Positions 54,923 to 64,000 of a stretch of 64,000 nucleotides of DNA are shown one piece after another. Position 1 is the stretch's first letter, and every line of letters starts with the position of its first letter. The DNA is from Opitutaceae bacterium (GTDB lineage Bacteria > Verrucomicrobiota > Verrucomicrobiia > Opitutales > Coraliomargaritaceae). Under the pieces are notes generated by a model. It saw only the letters and a list, made by a program, of their open reading frames with translations. It searched no databases and had not been told where the DNA came from. The DNA lies in the NCBI GenBank assembly GCA_051252375.1, contig JBPOFY010000001.1, forward strand, positions 672,001-736,000, in the 5' to 3' direction. Both the position numbers and the translations under genes were made by a program.

Positions 54923-55084
54923 ATTGATTATTTTGATATTTCTTGAAAACAACTATTGACGAGTGGGTCACTTCCCTCTTTTTTCCGTCGCTCGCTTCCC
55001 ACTGAGGCGATAAATCACATTTTTTTAAACCGCTAACGCAGGTCTAACAAACGGAACCTCCAGTTCCACCTGCCTATTAGTATT

Positions 55085-55729
<645 letters not shown>

Positions 55730-55756
55730 CCTCTGAGGACGAAAGGACACACTACA

Positions 55757-56395
55757 ATGAAACTTAAAGTTTATTCAACTGACGGAACATCCAGCGAAGA
55801 GAAAGAATTCGCGCAGTTCCCAACACTCGAAGGTGACAAGGGCGTAGCCGCTCTTCGCCAAGTCGTGATCGCACACCAGGCCAACTTGCGCCAAGGAACT
55901 GCTTCCACTAAGACTCGTGCTGAAGTGCGCGGTTCTGGTAAAAAGCTTTTCCGCCAAAAAGGTAGCGGCACAGCTCGTCAAGGTTCACGCCGCGTGCCAC
56001 ACCAACGTCATGGTGGTATCGCTCACGGTCCTAAGCCACGCGACTTCTCTCAGAAGATCAATCGCAAGATGAAGGCTCTCGCTTTCCAACGTGCACTTTT
56101 TGAGCGCGCTGCTGGAGGAGGTCTCTCTGTGATCGAAGCTTTTGAAGTTAAAGAGCCTAAGACAAAACTCTTCAACAAGGTATTGACTGCAGTCCTCCCG
56201 ACACGCGGCAAGGTCTTGATTGTTGATGATGCATTTGAAAACAACGCTGCTTTGGCTGCTCGCAATGTAGAGGGTGTTTCCCTCACCGCTGCTGGCGACC
56301 TCAGTGCTCTCGATGTTGTGCGCTACCGCCACATCCTCGTCAGTGCCAAGGGCATCGAAACTATTATCGCCCGCGCAAATGGAGGTGAGTCATGA
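55757..56395 (+). CDS. rplD: 50S ribosomal protein L4
   Basis: RQGTASTKTRAEV, RQKGSGTARQG, GPKPR. Confidence 0.98.
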   Translation: MKLKVYSTDGTSSEEKEFAQFPTLEGDKGVAALRQVVIAHQANLRQGTASTKTRAEVRGSGKKLFRQKGSGTARQGSRRVPHQRHGGIAHGPKPRDFSQKINRKMKALAFQRALFERAAGGGLSVIEAFEVKEPKTKLFNKVLTAVLPTRGKVLIVDDAFENNAALAARNVEGVSLTAAGDLSALDVVRYRHILVSAKGIETIIARANGGES

Positions 56396-56682
56396 TTTTA
56401 GCTGATACAATTCTTAAAGAATACCGCGTTACAGAAAAAGCTGCCATATTGTCAGCCAATCTGAACCAATACACCTTCGAAGTTGCACCTAGTGCCAATC
56501 GCATTGAAGTCGCTCGCGCTGTCGCGAAAGTCTTCAACGTCGAGGTCACTAAAGTGAACATCCTTAACAAAAAGCCTAAAGTGAAGACCGACCGCTCACG
56601 TCGCGGACGTCCCGGCACTAAGGGCGGCCACAAAAAGGCCATCGTCACTCTGAAAGAGGGCGATAAGATCGAACTCGTCTAA
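56392..56682 (+). CDS. rplW: 50S ribosomal protein L23
   Basis: VTEKA, YTFEV, KKAIVTL; synteny. Confidence 0.97.
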   Translation: MILADTILKEYRVTEKAAILSANLNQYTFEVAPSANRIEVARAVAKVFNVEVTKVNILNKKPKVKTDRSRRGRPGTKGGHKKAIVTLKEGDKIELV

Positions 56683-56702
56683 GAGACAGGAGAAATAACA
56701 TC

Positions 56703-57548
56703 ATGCCACTCGTAGATTCCAGACCTTTGACTCCCGGCCAACGTTTCCTCGTAAGAAACAAGCAGGACGTCTCCAAGAAAAAGCCTGAGCGCCAACTCAC
56801 GACTTACAAGCACCACAAGAAGGGCCGTAATTGCTACGGTCGTATCACTTCTCGTCGTCGTGGTGGTGGTCACAAGCGCGCTTATCGTATTATCGACTTC
56901 CGTCGTGACAAGATCGACATCCCTGCAAAGGTGCAAGCGATCGAGTATGATCCGAATCGCTCTGCAAACCTTGCATTGCTCGCATATGCTGACGGTGAAA
57001 AACGCTACATCATTGCACCACGCGGTGTTAAAGAGGGTGATACGTTGATCAGCACAAACGAGCGCGTTGAGTTCTCCGCTGGTTATTGCATGCCTTTGGC
57101 AATCATTCCACCAGCCACTAAGATCCATGCGATCGAGCTTCACCCAGGTCGCGGCGCGCAAATCGCTCGTTCTGCTGGTCAGTCCGCTCAGCTTGTTTCT
57201 GTTGATGGCGAACGTGCCACTGTGAAGATGCCTTCCGGTGAGATCCGTTTCCTTCACTCACGTTGCCGCGCAACGATCGGTGAAGTCGGCAATCACGACC
57301 ACCACAATCAAGTTCTAGGTAAAGCCGGTCGTAACCGCTGGCTTGGTCGCCGCCCACGTGTTCGTGGTGTTGCGATGAATCCTGTCGATCACCCTATGGG
57401 TGGTGGTGAAGGCCGCACCTCTGGTGGTGGTCACCCACAATCTCCTTGGGGTCAACTCTCTAAGGGCTTCCCGACTCGTAAGAAGTCGAACCCAACTAAT
57501 TCGCAAATCGTCGTTCGTCGTAACGGTCGTCAATTGAAGAAAAGATAA
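56703..57548 (+). CDS. rplB: 50S ribosomal protein L2
   Basis: IEYDPNRSA, RGVAMNPVDHPMGGGEG. Confidence 0.99.
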   Translation: MPLVDSRPLTPGQRFLVRNKQDVSKKKPERQLTTYKHHKKGRNCYGRITSRRRGGGHKRAYRIIDFRRDKIDIPAKVQAIEYDPNRSANLALLAYADGEKRYIIAPRGVKEGDTLISTNERVEFSAGYCMPLAIIPPATKIHAIELHPGRGAQIARSAGQSAQLVSVDGERATVKMPSGEIRFLHSRCRATIGEVGNHDHHNQVLGKAGRNRWLGRRPRVRGVAMNPVDHPMGGGEGRTSGGGHPQSPWGQLSKGFPTRKKSNPTNSQIVVRRNGRQLKKR

Positions 57549-57559
57549 TTTTATAAGCC

Positions 57560-57823
57560 ATGTCACGTTCCGTAAAAAAAGGTTTCTTCGTCGATCCGCA
57601 CCTATCTAAAAAGGTAGTGGTCGCCCAAGCAAACAACGACCGCAAGCCGATTCAAACTTGGTCGCGCCGTTCGACAATCACTCCCGACTTTGTCGGTCTC
57701 AACTTCAACGTCCACAACGGTCGCAGCTTTTTGCCCGTCTATGTGACTGAGAATATGGTTGGCCACAAGCTTGGTGAGTTTGCACCGACACGTACCTTCA
57801 AGGGTCACCCTACAGGTAAGTAA
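57560..57823 (+). CDS. rpsS: 30S ribosomal protein S19
   Basis: [21 protein letters not shown]. Confidence 0.99.
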   Translation: MSRSVKKGFFVDPHLSKKVVVAQANNDRKPIQTWSRRSTITPDFVGLNFNVHNGRSFLPVYVTENMVGHKLGEFAPTRTFKGHPTGK

Positions 57824-57860
57824 GGTTACATAAAGCCACCAACACTTAGCTATAAACGCC

Positions 57861-58235
57861 ATGCTCCTTTCGCCCATAACAACATTATCTAAGCTAGCCA
57901 GCTTGTTCCTTTTCGGAGCAATGGTTGCCGGTAGTGCTGTGCGTGCGGAAGTTCCCGCTTTCGTCAAAGAGTCTCTCTACAGTCCTTATGCGGCACCCGT
58001 CGCATCCGTGGTTCCTACACTCGCAGCCGACGTCGTTATTATCGACGGTGGTCTAGAGCAAGGGTTACGCCTCGGGATGGTTTGCTCCATCAGTCGTGGA
58101 TTAAGCTCTATTGGCGAATTGATCATCATCGAATCTCAAAGTGGCCGTTCCGCAGGACTTATCCTCGAATTGGTCGACGACTCCACCATTCAAGCGGGAG
58201 ACATTGCCCGCGTTAAAACAATTCAAAACAGCTGA
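57861..58235 (+). CDS. Non-ribosomal exported hypothetical protein (FlgT C-terminal-like) inside the S10 operon
   Basis: 124 aa ORF filling the rpsS-rplV gap, stop 5 nt before rplV; signal peptide ending AVRA; VIIDGGxxQGLRxG...IGELII...IQAGD pattern. Confidence 0.8.
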   Translation: MLLSPITTLSKLASLFLFGAMVAGSAVRAEVPAFVKESLYSPYAAPVASVVPTLAADVVIIDGGLEQGLRLGMVCSISRGLSSIGELIIIESQSGRSAGLILELVDDSTIQAGDIARVKTIQNS

Positions 58236-58240
58236 ATCTC

Positions 58241-58576
58241 ATGCAGGTCCAAGCCTATACTAAATACGCCCGTATGTCGCCCCGCAAGGTGCGTGATATC
58301 ACCCGTGCCATCCAAGGTCAAAACGCCGCTGAGGCAGTCGAAATCTTGCGCTTTATTCCGCGCAAGTCGGCTCGTCTCGTCAGCAAGACCCTCCAGTCGG
58401 CAATCGCGAACGCGGAAAACAATAACAACTTATCTTCGGATGCGCTCAAGATTGAGTCAGCAACTGTCGAGCAAGGTCCAGCGTTCAAGCGCTTCCGCCC
58501 AGCTGCTCGTGGTTCGGCACACCCTTATAAGAAGCAGACCAGCCACATCCGTATCATCCTCACTGACGAGGCTTAA
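58241..58576 (+). CDS. rplV: 50S ribosomal protein L22
   Basis: RMSPRKVR, SAIANAENN, RPAARGSA, TSHI. Confidence 0.98.
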   Translation: MQVQAYTKYARMSPRKVRDITRAIQGQNAAEAVEILRFIPRKSARLVSKTLQSAIANAENNNNLSSDALKIESATVEQGPAFKRFRPAARGSAHPYKKQTSHIRIILTDEA

Positions 58577-58600
58577 GATTTAACCGACCACTCTTTTATT

Positions 58601-59233
58601 ATGGGACAGAAAGTTCATCCAATCGGCTTCCGCCTTGCAGTAACCCGCGACTGGGATTCACGCTGGTATGCTAACAAAAAGCAATACCCTGAATTCATCA
58701 AGGAGGACCACACAATCCGCACTTTCCTTACGGAGAGATTGCGCTATGCGTCCGTGCCACGTATTTTCATCGAGCGTGCTTCTGGCCGTATTCGTGTGAA
58801 GATCTTCACTGCACGTCCTGGTGTGATCATCGGCCGTAAAGGTGCTGAGCTCGATAAGCTCAAGGATCAGCTTAACAAGAAGGTCGGCAAGGAAATCATG
58901 CTCGATATTCAAGAAGTCAAGCGCCCGGACCTTTCTGCACAGCTCGTCGCTGAAAACGTAGCTCTCCAGTTGGAGCGTCGTATCGCTTTCCGTCGTGCTA
59001 TGAAGCGCGCCGTTCAAACGACAATGGCAATGGGTGCAGATGGTATCCGTATCCAGTGTGGTGGTCGTCTCGGTGGTGCTGACATCGCTCGCACAGAGAA
59101 CCAACGTCAAGGCCGTGTGCCTCTACAAACACTTCGCGCTAACATCAACTACGGTTTCAGTGAAGCAAACACAGTTTACGGCATCATCGGTGTCAAATGC
59201 TGGATCTGCCTACCTGACGACGAAACCGTCTAA
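58601..59233 (+). CDS. rpsC: 30S ribosomal protein S3
   Basis: [32 protein letters not shown]. Confidence 0.99.
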   Translation: MGQKVHPIGFRLAVTRDWDSRWYANKKQYPEFIKEDHTIRTFLTERLRYASVPRIFIERASGRIRVKIFTARPGVIIGRKGAELDKLKDQLNKKVGKEIMLDIQEVKRPDLSAQLVAENVALQLERRIAFRRAMKRAVQTTMAMGADGIRIQCGGRLGGADIARTENQRQGRVPLQTLRANINYGFSEANTVYGIIGVKCWICLPDDETV

Positions 59234-59278
59234 GCGTCCTAACGAAACTTAATTTTTAACTCTTAAACTGAGCGAACA

Positions 59279-59692
59279 ATGGCATTACTCCCATCACGCA
59301 CTAAATACCGCAAGGTTCACACTGGCCGCATCTACGGCAAGGCACAAACTTGTAACGCACTCGCTTTCGGCGATTTCGGTATTCAATCCCTCACACGTGG
59401 TCGCATGACCTCTCAACAGATCGAAGCCGCTCGTGTTGCGATGACTCGTAGCCTCAAGCGTAAAGGTAAGGTCTGGATCCGTGTTTTCCCTCACAAGCCT
59501 GTGACTAAGAAGCCAGCTGAAACCCGCATGGGTAAAGGTAAGGGTTCTGTCGAAAAGTGGGTCGCTGTGATCCGCCCAGGCACCATGCTTTTCGAAATCG
59601 CTGGTTGCTCTGCAACAGCCGCTCGTGAAGCCCTCCGTCTCGCCGACACCAAGCTGCCGTTCCACTGCCGCTTTGTAACTCGCGAAGACTAA
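59279..59692 (+). CDS. rplP: 50S ribosomal protein L16
   Basis: QIEAAR, WIRVFP, RMGKGKG. Confidence 0.99.
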   Translation: MALLPSRTKYRKVHTGRIYGKAQTCNALAFGDFGIQSLTRGRMTSQQIEAARVAMTRSLKRKGKVWIRVFPHKPVTKKPAETRMGKGKGSVEKWVAVIRPGTMLFEIAGCSATAAREALRLADTKLPFHCRFVTRED

Positions 59693-59721
59693 TCCACATT
59701 TACTAATAAAGGAAATTTATT

Positions 59722-59925
59722 ATGAGCACAAAAGATATCCGCGAAATGTCCGAAGTAGAAATTGAAAAGAAACTGCGCGACACCCGTGACGCTCACGTCA
59801 ACCTTCGTATGCGCAAGCAGACCGGTCAGGTTGAGCAGCCACACGAATTTACAAACCTGCGTCGCGAAATCGCACGCCTCGAAACCATTCTCAAAGAAAA
59901 GAAGTTGGCTGCTGCCACTGCTTAA
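59722..59925 (+). CDS. rpmC: 50S ribosomal protein L29
   Basis: LRREIARLET; synteny. Confidence 0.96.
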   Translation: MSTKDIREMSEVEIEKKLRDTRDAHVNLRMRKQTGQVEQPHEFTNLRREIARLETILKEKKLAAATA

Positions 59926-59946
59926 ACTTTCAAAGCCACTAAGTAT

Positions 59947-60222
59947 ATGGAAGCAACTCGCAATTCTCGCAAGTCCCTCACTGGAACCGTCACAAGCCGT
60001 TCCGGTGATAAGACGATCAAGGTCACTTATTCCTACAAGGTCCCGCACCCTCTCTATAAGAAAGAGATTAAGCGTAAGACTGTTGTGCACGCACACGATG
60101 AAGCCAACGAGTGTGGTCTTGGAGACAAAGTAGAGATCATGGAAACACGCCCTCTCAGCAAGCTGAAGCGCTGGCGTGTAACACGTGTGATCGAAGTCGC
60201 ACCACGTATGGGTGAGGAATAG
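59947..60222 (+). CDS. rpsQ: 30S ribosomal protein S17
   Basis: [22 protein letters not shown]. Confidence 0.98.
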   Translation: MEATRNSRKSLTGTVTSRSGDKTIKVTYSYKVPHPLYKKEIKRKTVVHAHDEANECGLGDKVEIMETRPLSKLKRWRVTRVIEVAPRMGEE

Positions 60223-60272
60223 TCCCACCTAACAATATATATATTTTTAAACCGATTAACGGAGATTTAGCT

Positions 60273-60635
60273 ATGATTCAGATGAACAGTCGCGTATTTG
60301 TCGCGGATAACACAGGTGCCAAGGAAGCGGAGATGATCCGCCGTATTGGCCAAAACAAGCGTACTGCTGATGTAGGCGACGTTGTCGTTTGCAACATCAA
60401 GGTCGCAGCCACTGACTCTTCTGTGAAGAAGGGTGAAGTCGTTCGCGGCGTCGTCGTTCGCACGAAGGCACCCGTTCGTCGCGGTGATGGCAGCTATCTA
60501 CGTTTCGATAACAATGCGATTGTTATCCTCAATGCAGACGGCAATCCAAAGGGCACACGTATCTTTGGTCCCGTCGCTCGTGAGCTTCGTGCGAAGTTCA
60601 TGAAGATCATTTCACTTGCACCGGAGGTTCTCTAA
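60273..60635 (+). CDS. rplN: 50S ribosomal protein L14
   Basis: [27 protein letters not shown]. Confidence 0.99.
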   Translation: MIQMNSRVFVADNTGAKEAEMIRRIGQNKRTADVGDVVVCNIKVAATDSSVKKGEVVRGVVVRTKAPVRRGDGSYLRFDNNAIVILNADGNPKGTRIFGPVARELRAKFMKIISLAPEVL

Positions 60636-60637
60636 TC

Positions 60638-60880
60638 ATGGCCAAAGCAATCAAACGCGAAGAAGAAGTTGTTGTCATCTCTGGCGCACATAAAGGCAAA
60701 CGCGGCAAGGTCTTGTCCGTTCAGGCTGGCGAGCGCATCCTAGTCGAAGGTGTCAACGTAATCACAAAATTTGAGCGCAAGACTCAAGAGAACCCCGATG
60801 GTGGTTCTGTTGAGCGCGAAGTGCCAATTCACTACTCCAACGTCATGTTGGCTTCCAAATACGACGCCAAGCAGAAATAA
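60638..60880 (+). CDS. rplX: 50S ribosomal protein L24 (short form)
   Basis: KOW motif VVISGAHKGKRG, VEGVN, PIHYSNV. Confidence 0.97.
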   Translation: MAKAIKREEEVVVISGAHKGKRGKVLSVQAGERILVEGVNVITKFERKTQENPDGGSVEREVPIHYSNVMLASKYDAKQK

Positions 60881-60981
60881 CTAGCTTGCCAGTCGCCTCA
60901 AAAGACGCATTTTCACGCACTTTTTCCACAATCACATCGATCACACTTAACTAGCCGGGTCAGAAATCCGGCTTACATACG

Positions 60982-61569
60982 ATGGCTACAGTCCTACAAA
61001 AACATTATACTGATACGGTAATTCCCGAACTTATGAAAAAGTTCGGTTATTCCAATCCGCACCAAGTGCCCGCGATCAAAAAGATCGTCATTAACTCTGG
61101 TTTCAATGCAACAGCTGACAAGAATCACATTGCATATGTGAACCAAGACATCGCCAAGATTGCCGGTCAAAACCCTGTCACCACAAAGGCGAAACTCAGT
61201 ATTTCGAATTTCAAACTCCGCGAAGAGCAACCAATCGGTTGTAAAGTCACCCTCCGTGGTGCCGCGATGTATGACTTCCTCGTCCGTCTCATTAAAGTCG
61301 CACTTCCAGCGATTCGTGACTTTCGTGGCGTGCCTACTAGGCTTGATGGCAAAGGTAACTACACACTCGGTGTGAGCGACCATACAATCTTCCCAGAAAT
61401 CAGCGCTGAGGGCACAAATGCCACACTCGGTATGGATATCTGCATTAATACTAGTGCGAACACAGATGAAGAAGGTCGCGAGCTCCTCGCTCTCTTCGGT
61501 GTTCCTTTCCGCAAGACGAGCGCCGAAGTAGAAGCTGCAGAAGCTGCTGCCGCTGCCGCAAACGCATAA
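60982..61569 (+). CDS. rplE: 50S ribosomal protein L5
   Basis: SISNFKLRE, KVTLRG, IRDFRG, IFPEI. Confidence 0.99.
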   Translation: MATVLQKHYTDTVIPELMKKFGYSNPHQVPAIKKIVINSGFNATADKNHIAYVNQDIAKIAGQNPVTTKAKLSISNFKLREEQPIGCKVTLRGAAMYDFLVRLIKVALPAIRDFRGVPTRLDGKGNYTLGVSDHTIFPEISAEGTNATLGMDICINTSANTDEEGRELLALFGVPFRKTSAEVEAAEAAAAAANA

Positions 61570-61591
61570 GCACATTTAACACGACTTTCTT

Positions 61592-61897
<306 letters not shown>

Positions 61898-61943
61898 GCA
61901 CTTTCGCTTTACCAAACCAAATGAAAACCCACTAGTTACTACT

Positions 61944-62342
61944 ATGGCAGTTCACGACACAATCGGTGATTTCATCACCATCATCCGCAATGCGAGTATG
62001 GCACGCAAGGGTTCTTGCACCGCATCGTTCTCCAAGATGCGCCTTGCGATCGCTTCCATCCTCAAAACTGAAGGTTACATTAGTGACTACAGTGAGGGCC
62101 AATGCGCAAAGGGCTTTAAGACCATTACTGTTCAACTGAAATATGTTGGTGGCACTCCCGCTATTACAGGTATCCAGCGTCACAGCACGCCTGGTTGCCG
62201 TCTCTACTACGGTTGCAAAGAAATCCCCCGCGTTCTTAACGGCTTGGGTGTTGCAATCCTCACAACTTCTAAAGGCGTCATTCGCGCCCGCGATGCCCGT
62301 GAAAAGGGTGTTGGCGGTGAGCTCGTCTGCAAAGTCTGGTAA
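61944..62342 (+). CDS. rpsH: 30S ribosomal protein S8
   Basis: TIIRNA, STPGCRLY, GVGGELVC. Confidence 0.98.
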   Translation: MAVHDTIGDFITIIRNASMARKGSCTASFSKMRLAIASILKTEGYISDYSEGQCAKGFKTITVQLKYVGGTPAITGIQRHSTPGCRLYYGCKEIPRVLNGLGVAILTTSKGVIRARDAREKGVGGELVCKVW

Positions 62343-62359
62343 TTGAAAGGCAATATACG

Positions 62360-62896
62360 ATGAGCAGAATTGGTAAACTTCCCATTCCCGTCCTTGATAA
62401 GGCAAATGTATCGATTAACGGTCAGACCGTTTCCGTCGATGGCCCCAAGGGTAAACTAGAAAAGACTTTCGACCGCTCGGTTAATATCGAGATGGCCGAC
62501 GGCGAGATCCGTGTGACTCCAGCTGATAGCAGCCGTCACGCACGTGCCATGTTTGGCACAGCTCGTTCGATCATCAATAACATGGTGATTGGAGTCGTTG
62601 ATGGTTACACCAAGGATCTTATCATTAAGGGTGTCGGTTTCCGCGCCGCCCTTAATGGCAACATCCTTGATCTATCACTCGGTTATTCTCACCCAGTTGA
62701 GTTGACTATTCCAGAGGGCATCACTGTGACTGTCACTGAGAATACAAAACTCAAAGTTGAAGGTGCCGATAAACAAGTCGTTGGCGAAATCGCTGCGACA
62801 ATCTATTCCTACTTCCCAGCCGAGCCTTATAAGGGCAAGGGTGTCCAGATCGTCGGTCAATACGTCCGCCGTAAGGAAGGCAAGAAGTCCGCTTAA
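62360..62896 (+). CDS. rplF: 50S ribosomal protein L6
   Basis: MSRIGKLPI, LGYSHP, EPYKGKG. Confidence 0.99.
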   Translation: MSRIGKLPIPVLDKANVSINGQTVSVDGPKGKLEKTFDRSVNIEMADGEIRVTPADSSRHARAMFGTARSIINNMVIGVVDGYTKDLIIKGVGFRAALNGNILDLSLGYSHPVELTIPEGITVTVTENTKLKVEGADKQVVGEIAATIYSYFPAEPYKGKGVQIVGQYVRRKEGKKSA

Positions 62897-62916
62897 TTTT
62901 CAGCAGAGGTTAAATC

Positions 62917-63264
62917 ATGAAACTCGCAAAGAAAAACATCCTTTTACAGAAGCGTCGCTGGCGTATCCGCAAGAAAATCAAGGGCACTGCAGAGCGTCCA
63001 CGCTTGACTGTGCACTTCTCCAACAAAAACATCTACGCACAATGCATCGACGACGTGAAGGGTCACACCGTGGCTTACGTTTCTTCGATTGGTGGCGACG
63101 AGAAAGCAAACAACGATGGTGCAGTTGCACTCGGCAAAGCTATTGCTGAGAAGGCAAAGGCAGCTGGCGTTGAGAGCGTTGTCTTCGACCGTGCTGGCCG
63201 CCGTTACCACGGTTGCGTCAAATCATTTGCTGAAGCGGCACGCGAGAGCGGCCTCCAGTTCTAA
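62917..63264 (+). CDS. rplR: 50S ribosomal protein L18
   Basis: [18 protein letters not shown]. Confidence 0.98.
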   Translation: MKLAKKNILLQKRRWRIRKKIKGTAERPRLTVHFSNKNIYAQCIDDVKGHTVAYVSSIGGDEKANNDGAVALGKAIAEKAKAAGVESVVFDRAGRRYHGCVKSFAEAARESGLQF

Positions 63265-63275
63265 GGAATTACCAT

Positions 63276-63800
63276 ATGAGCAGACAAAAAAGATCATTTT
63301 CTCAAAAAGACGAAGTCGAAGAAGTTCCAGAATACGTCGAAAAGGTTGTGCATATCAGCCGTTGTTCGAAAGTTGTTAAGGGCGGTCGCCGTTTCAGCTT
63401 CGCAGCACTCGTCGTGACTGGTAACCAAAAAGGTGAAGTCGGTGTCGGTTATGGTAAGGCAAAGGAAGTTCCCGAAGCGATTCGCAAGGGCACAGAAAAT
63501 GCCAAGAAAAACCTCGTCACAATCAAGCTTCGTGGCGACACGATCCCTCACCACGTTCTCGGCGAAGCCGACGGTGGTAAGGTTCTACTTCGCCCGGCAA
63601 CAGACGGAACAGGTGTTATCGCAGGTGGCGGTTGCCGCGCTGTTCTTGAATCCGTAGGTATCAAAAATATTCTATCCAAGTCTCTCGGCTCGAACAATCA
63701 CTTGGCCATGGTCAAGGCAACAATGGCTGCGCTTCAGCAGCTTCGTTCGAACGAAGAAATCAAAAACGTTCGTTTCAGCCAAGCTGGAGCGGAAGCGTAA
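63276..63800 (+). CDS. rpsE: 30S ribosomal protein S5
   Basis: [19 protein letters not shown]. Confidence 0.99.
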   Translation: MSRQKRSFSQKDEVEEVPEYVEKVVHISRCSKVVKGGRRFSFAALVVTGNQKGEVGVGYGKAKEVPEAIRKGTENAKKNLVTIKLRGDTIPHHVLGEADGGKVLLRPATDGTGVIAGGGCRAVLESVGIKNILSKSLGSNNHLAMVKATMAALQQLRSNEEIKNVRFSQAGAEA

Positions 63801-63812
63801 GGAGCCAACACA

Positions 63813-64000
<188 letters not shown>

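Overview
Core chromosomal segment of a bacterium, most likely Verrucomicrobiota (Opitutales/Puniceicoccaceae-like). That placement is inferred from a PEP-CTERM protein, a TIGR02597-like protein, a str operon without tuf, a spc operon without rpmD and largely SD-less A/U-rich leaders. The left 51 kb is mixed housekeeping and envelope/metabolic genes: corA, ugd, rlmN-like, hisCBH, gltA, coaB, a type III PKS trio, tRNA-Asp, M16 peptidase, serC, topB, lpxK, a second fusA, aldA, pilC, rpmH-rnpA-yidD-yidC, oleC-oleD and two RNA methyltransferases. The right 13 kb is the str/S10/spc ribosomal protein cluster (rpsL to partial rplO). No integrase, transposase, phage gene, CRISPR array or rRNA is visible. 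The most unusual signals are (1) a four-helix-bundle (IVS/Avd-like) gene enclosed by inverted arrays of five hexamer repeats, with gene-less copies elsewhere; (2) nested REP/MITE-like repeats, including a ~15-25 bp TTCGACAAGCTCA unit seen only inside other repeats; (3) a secreted FlgT-C-like protein gene inserted between rpsS and rplV; (4) a hybrid kinase whose ATP-binding domain lacks its catalytic boxes. Family assignments come from motif recognition by eye; no searches were run.
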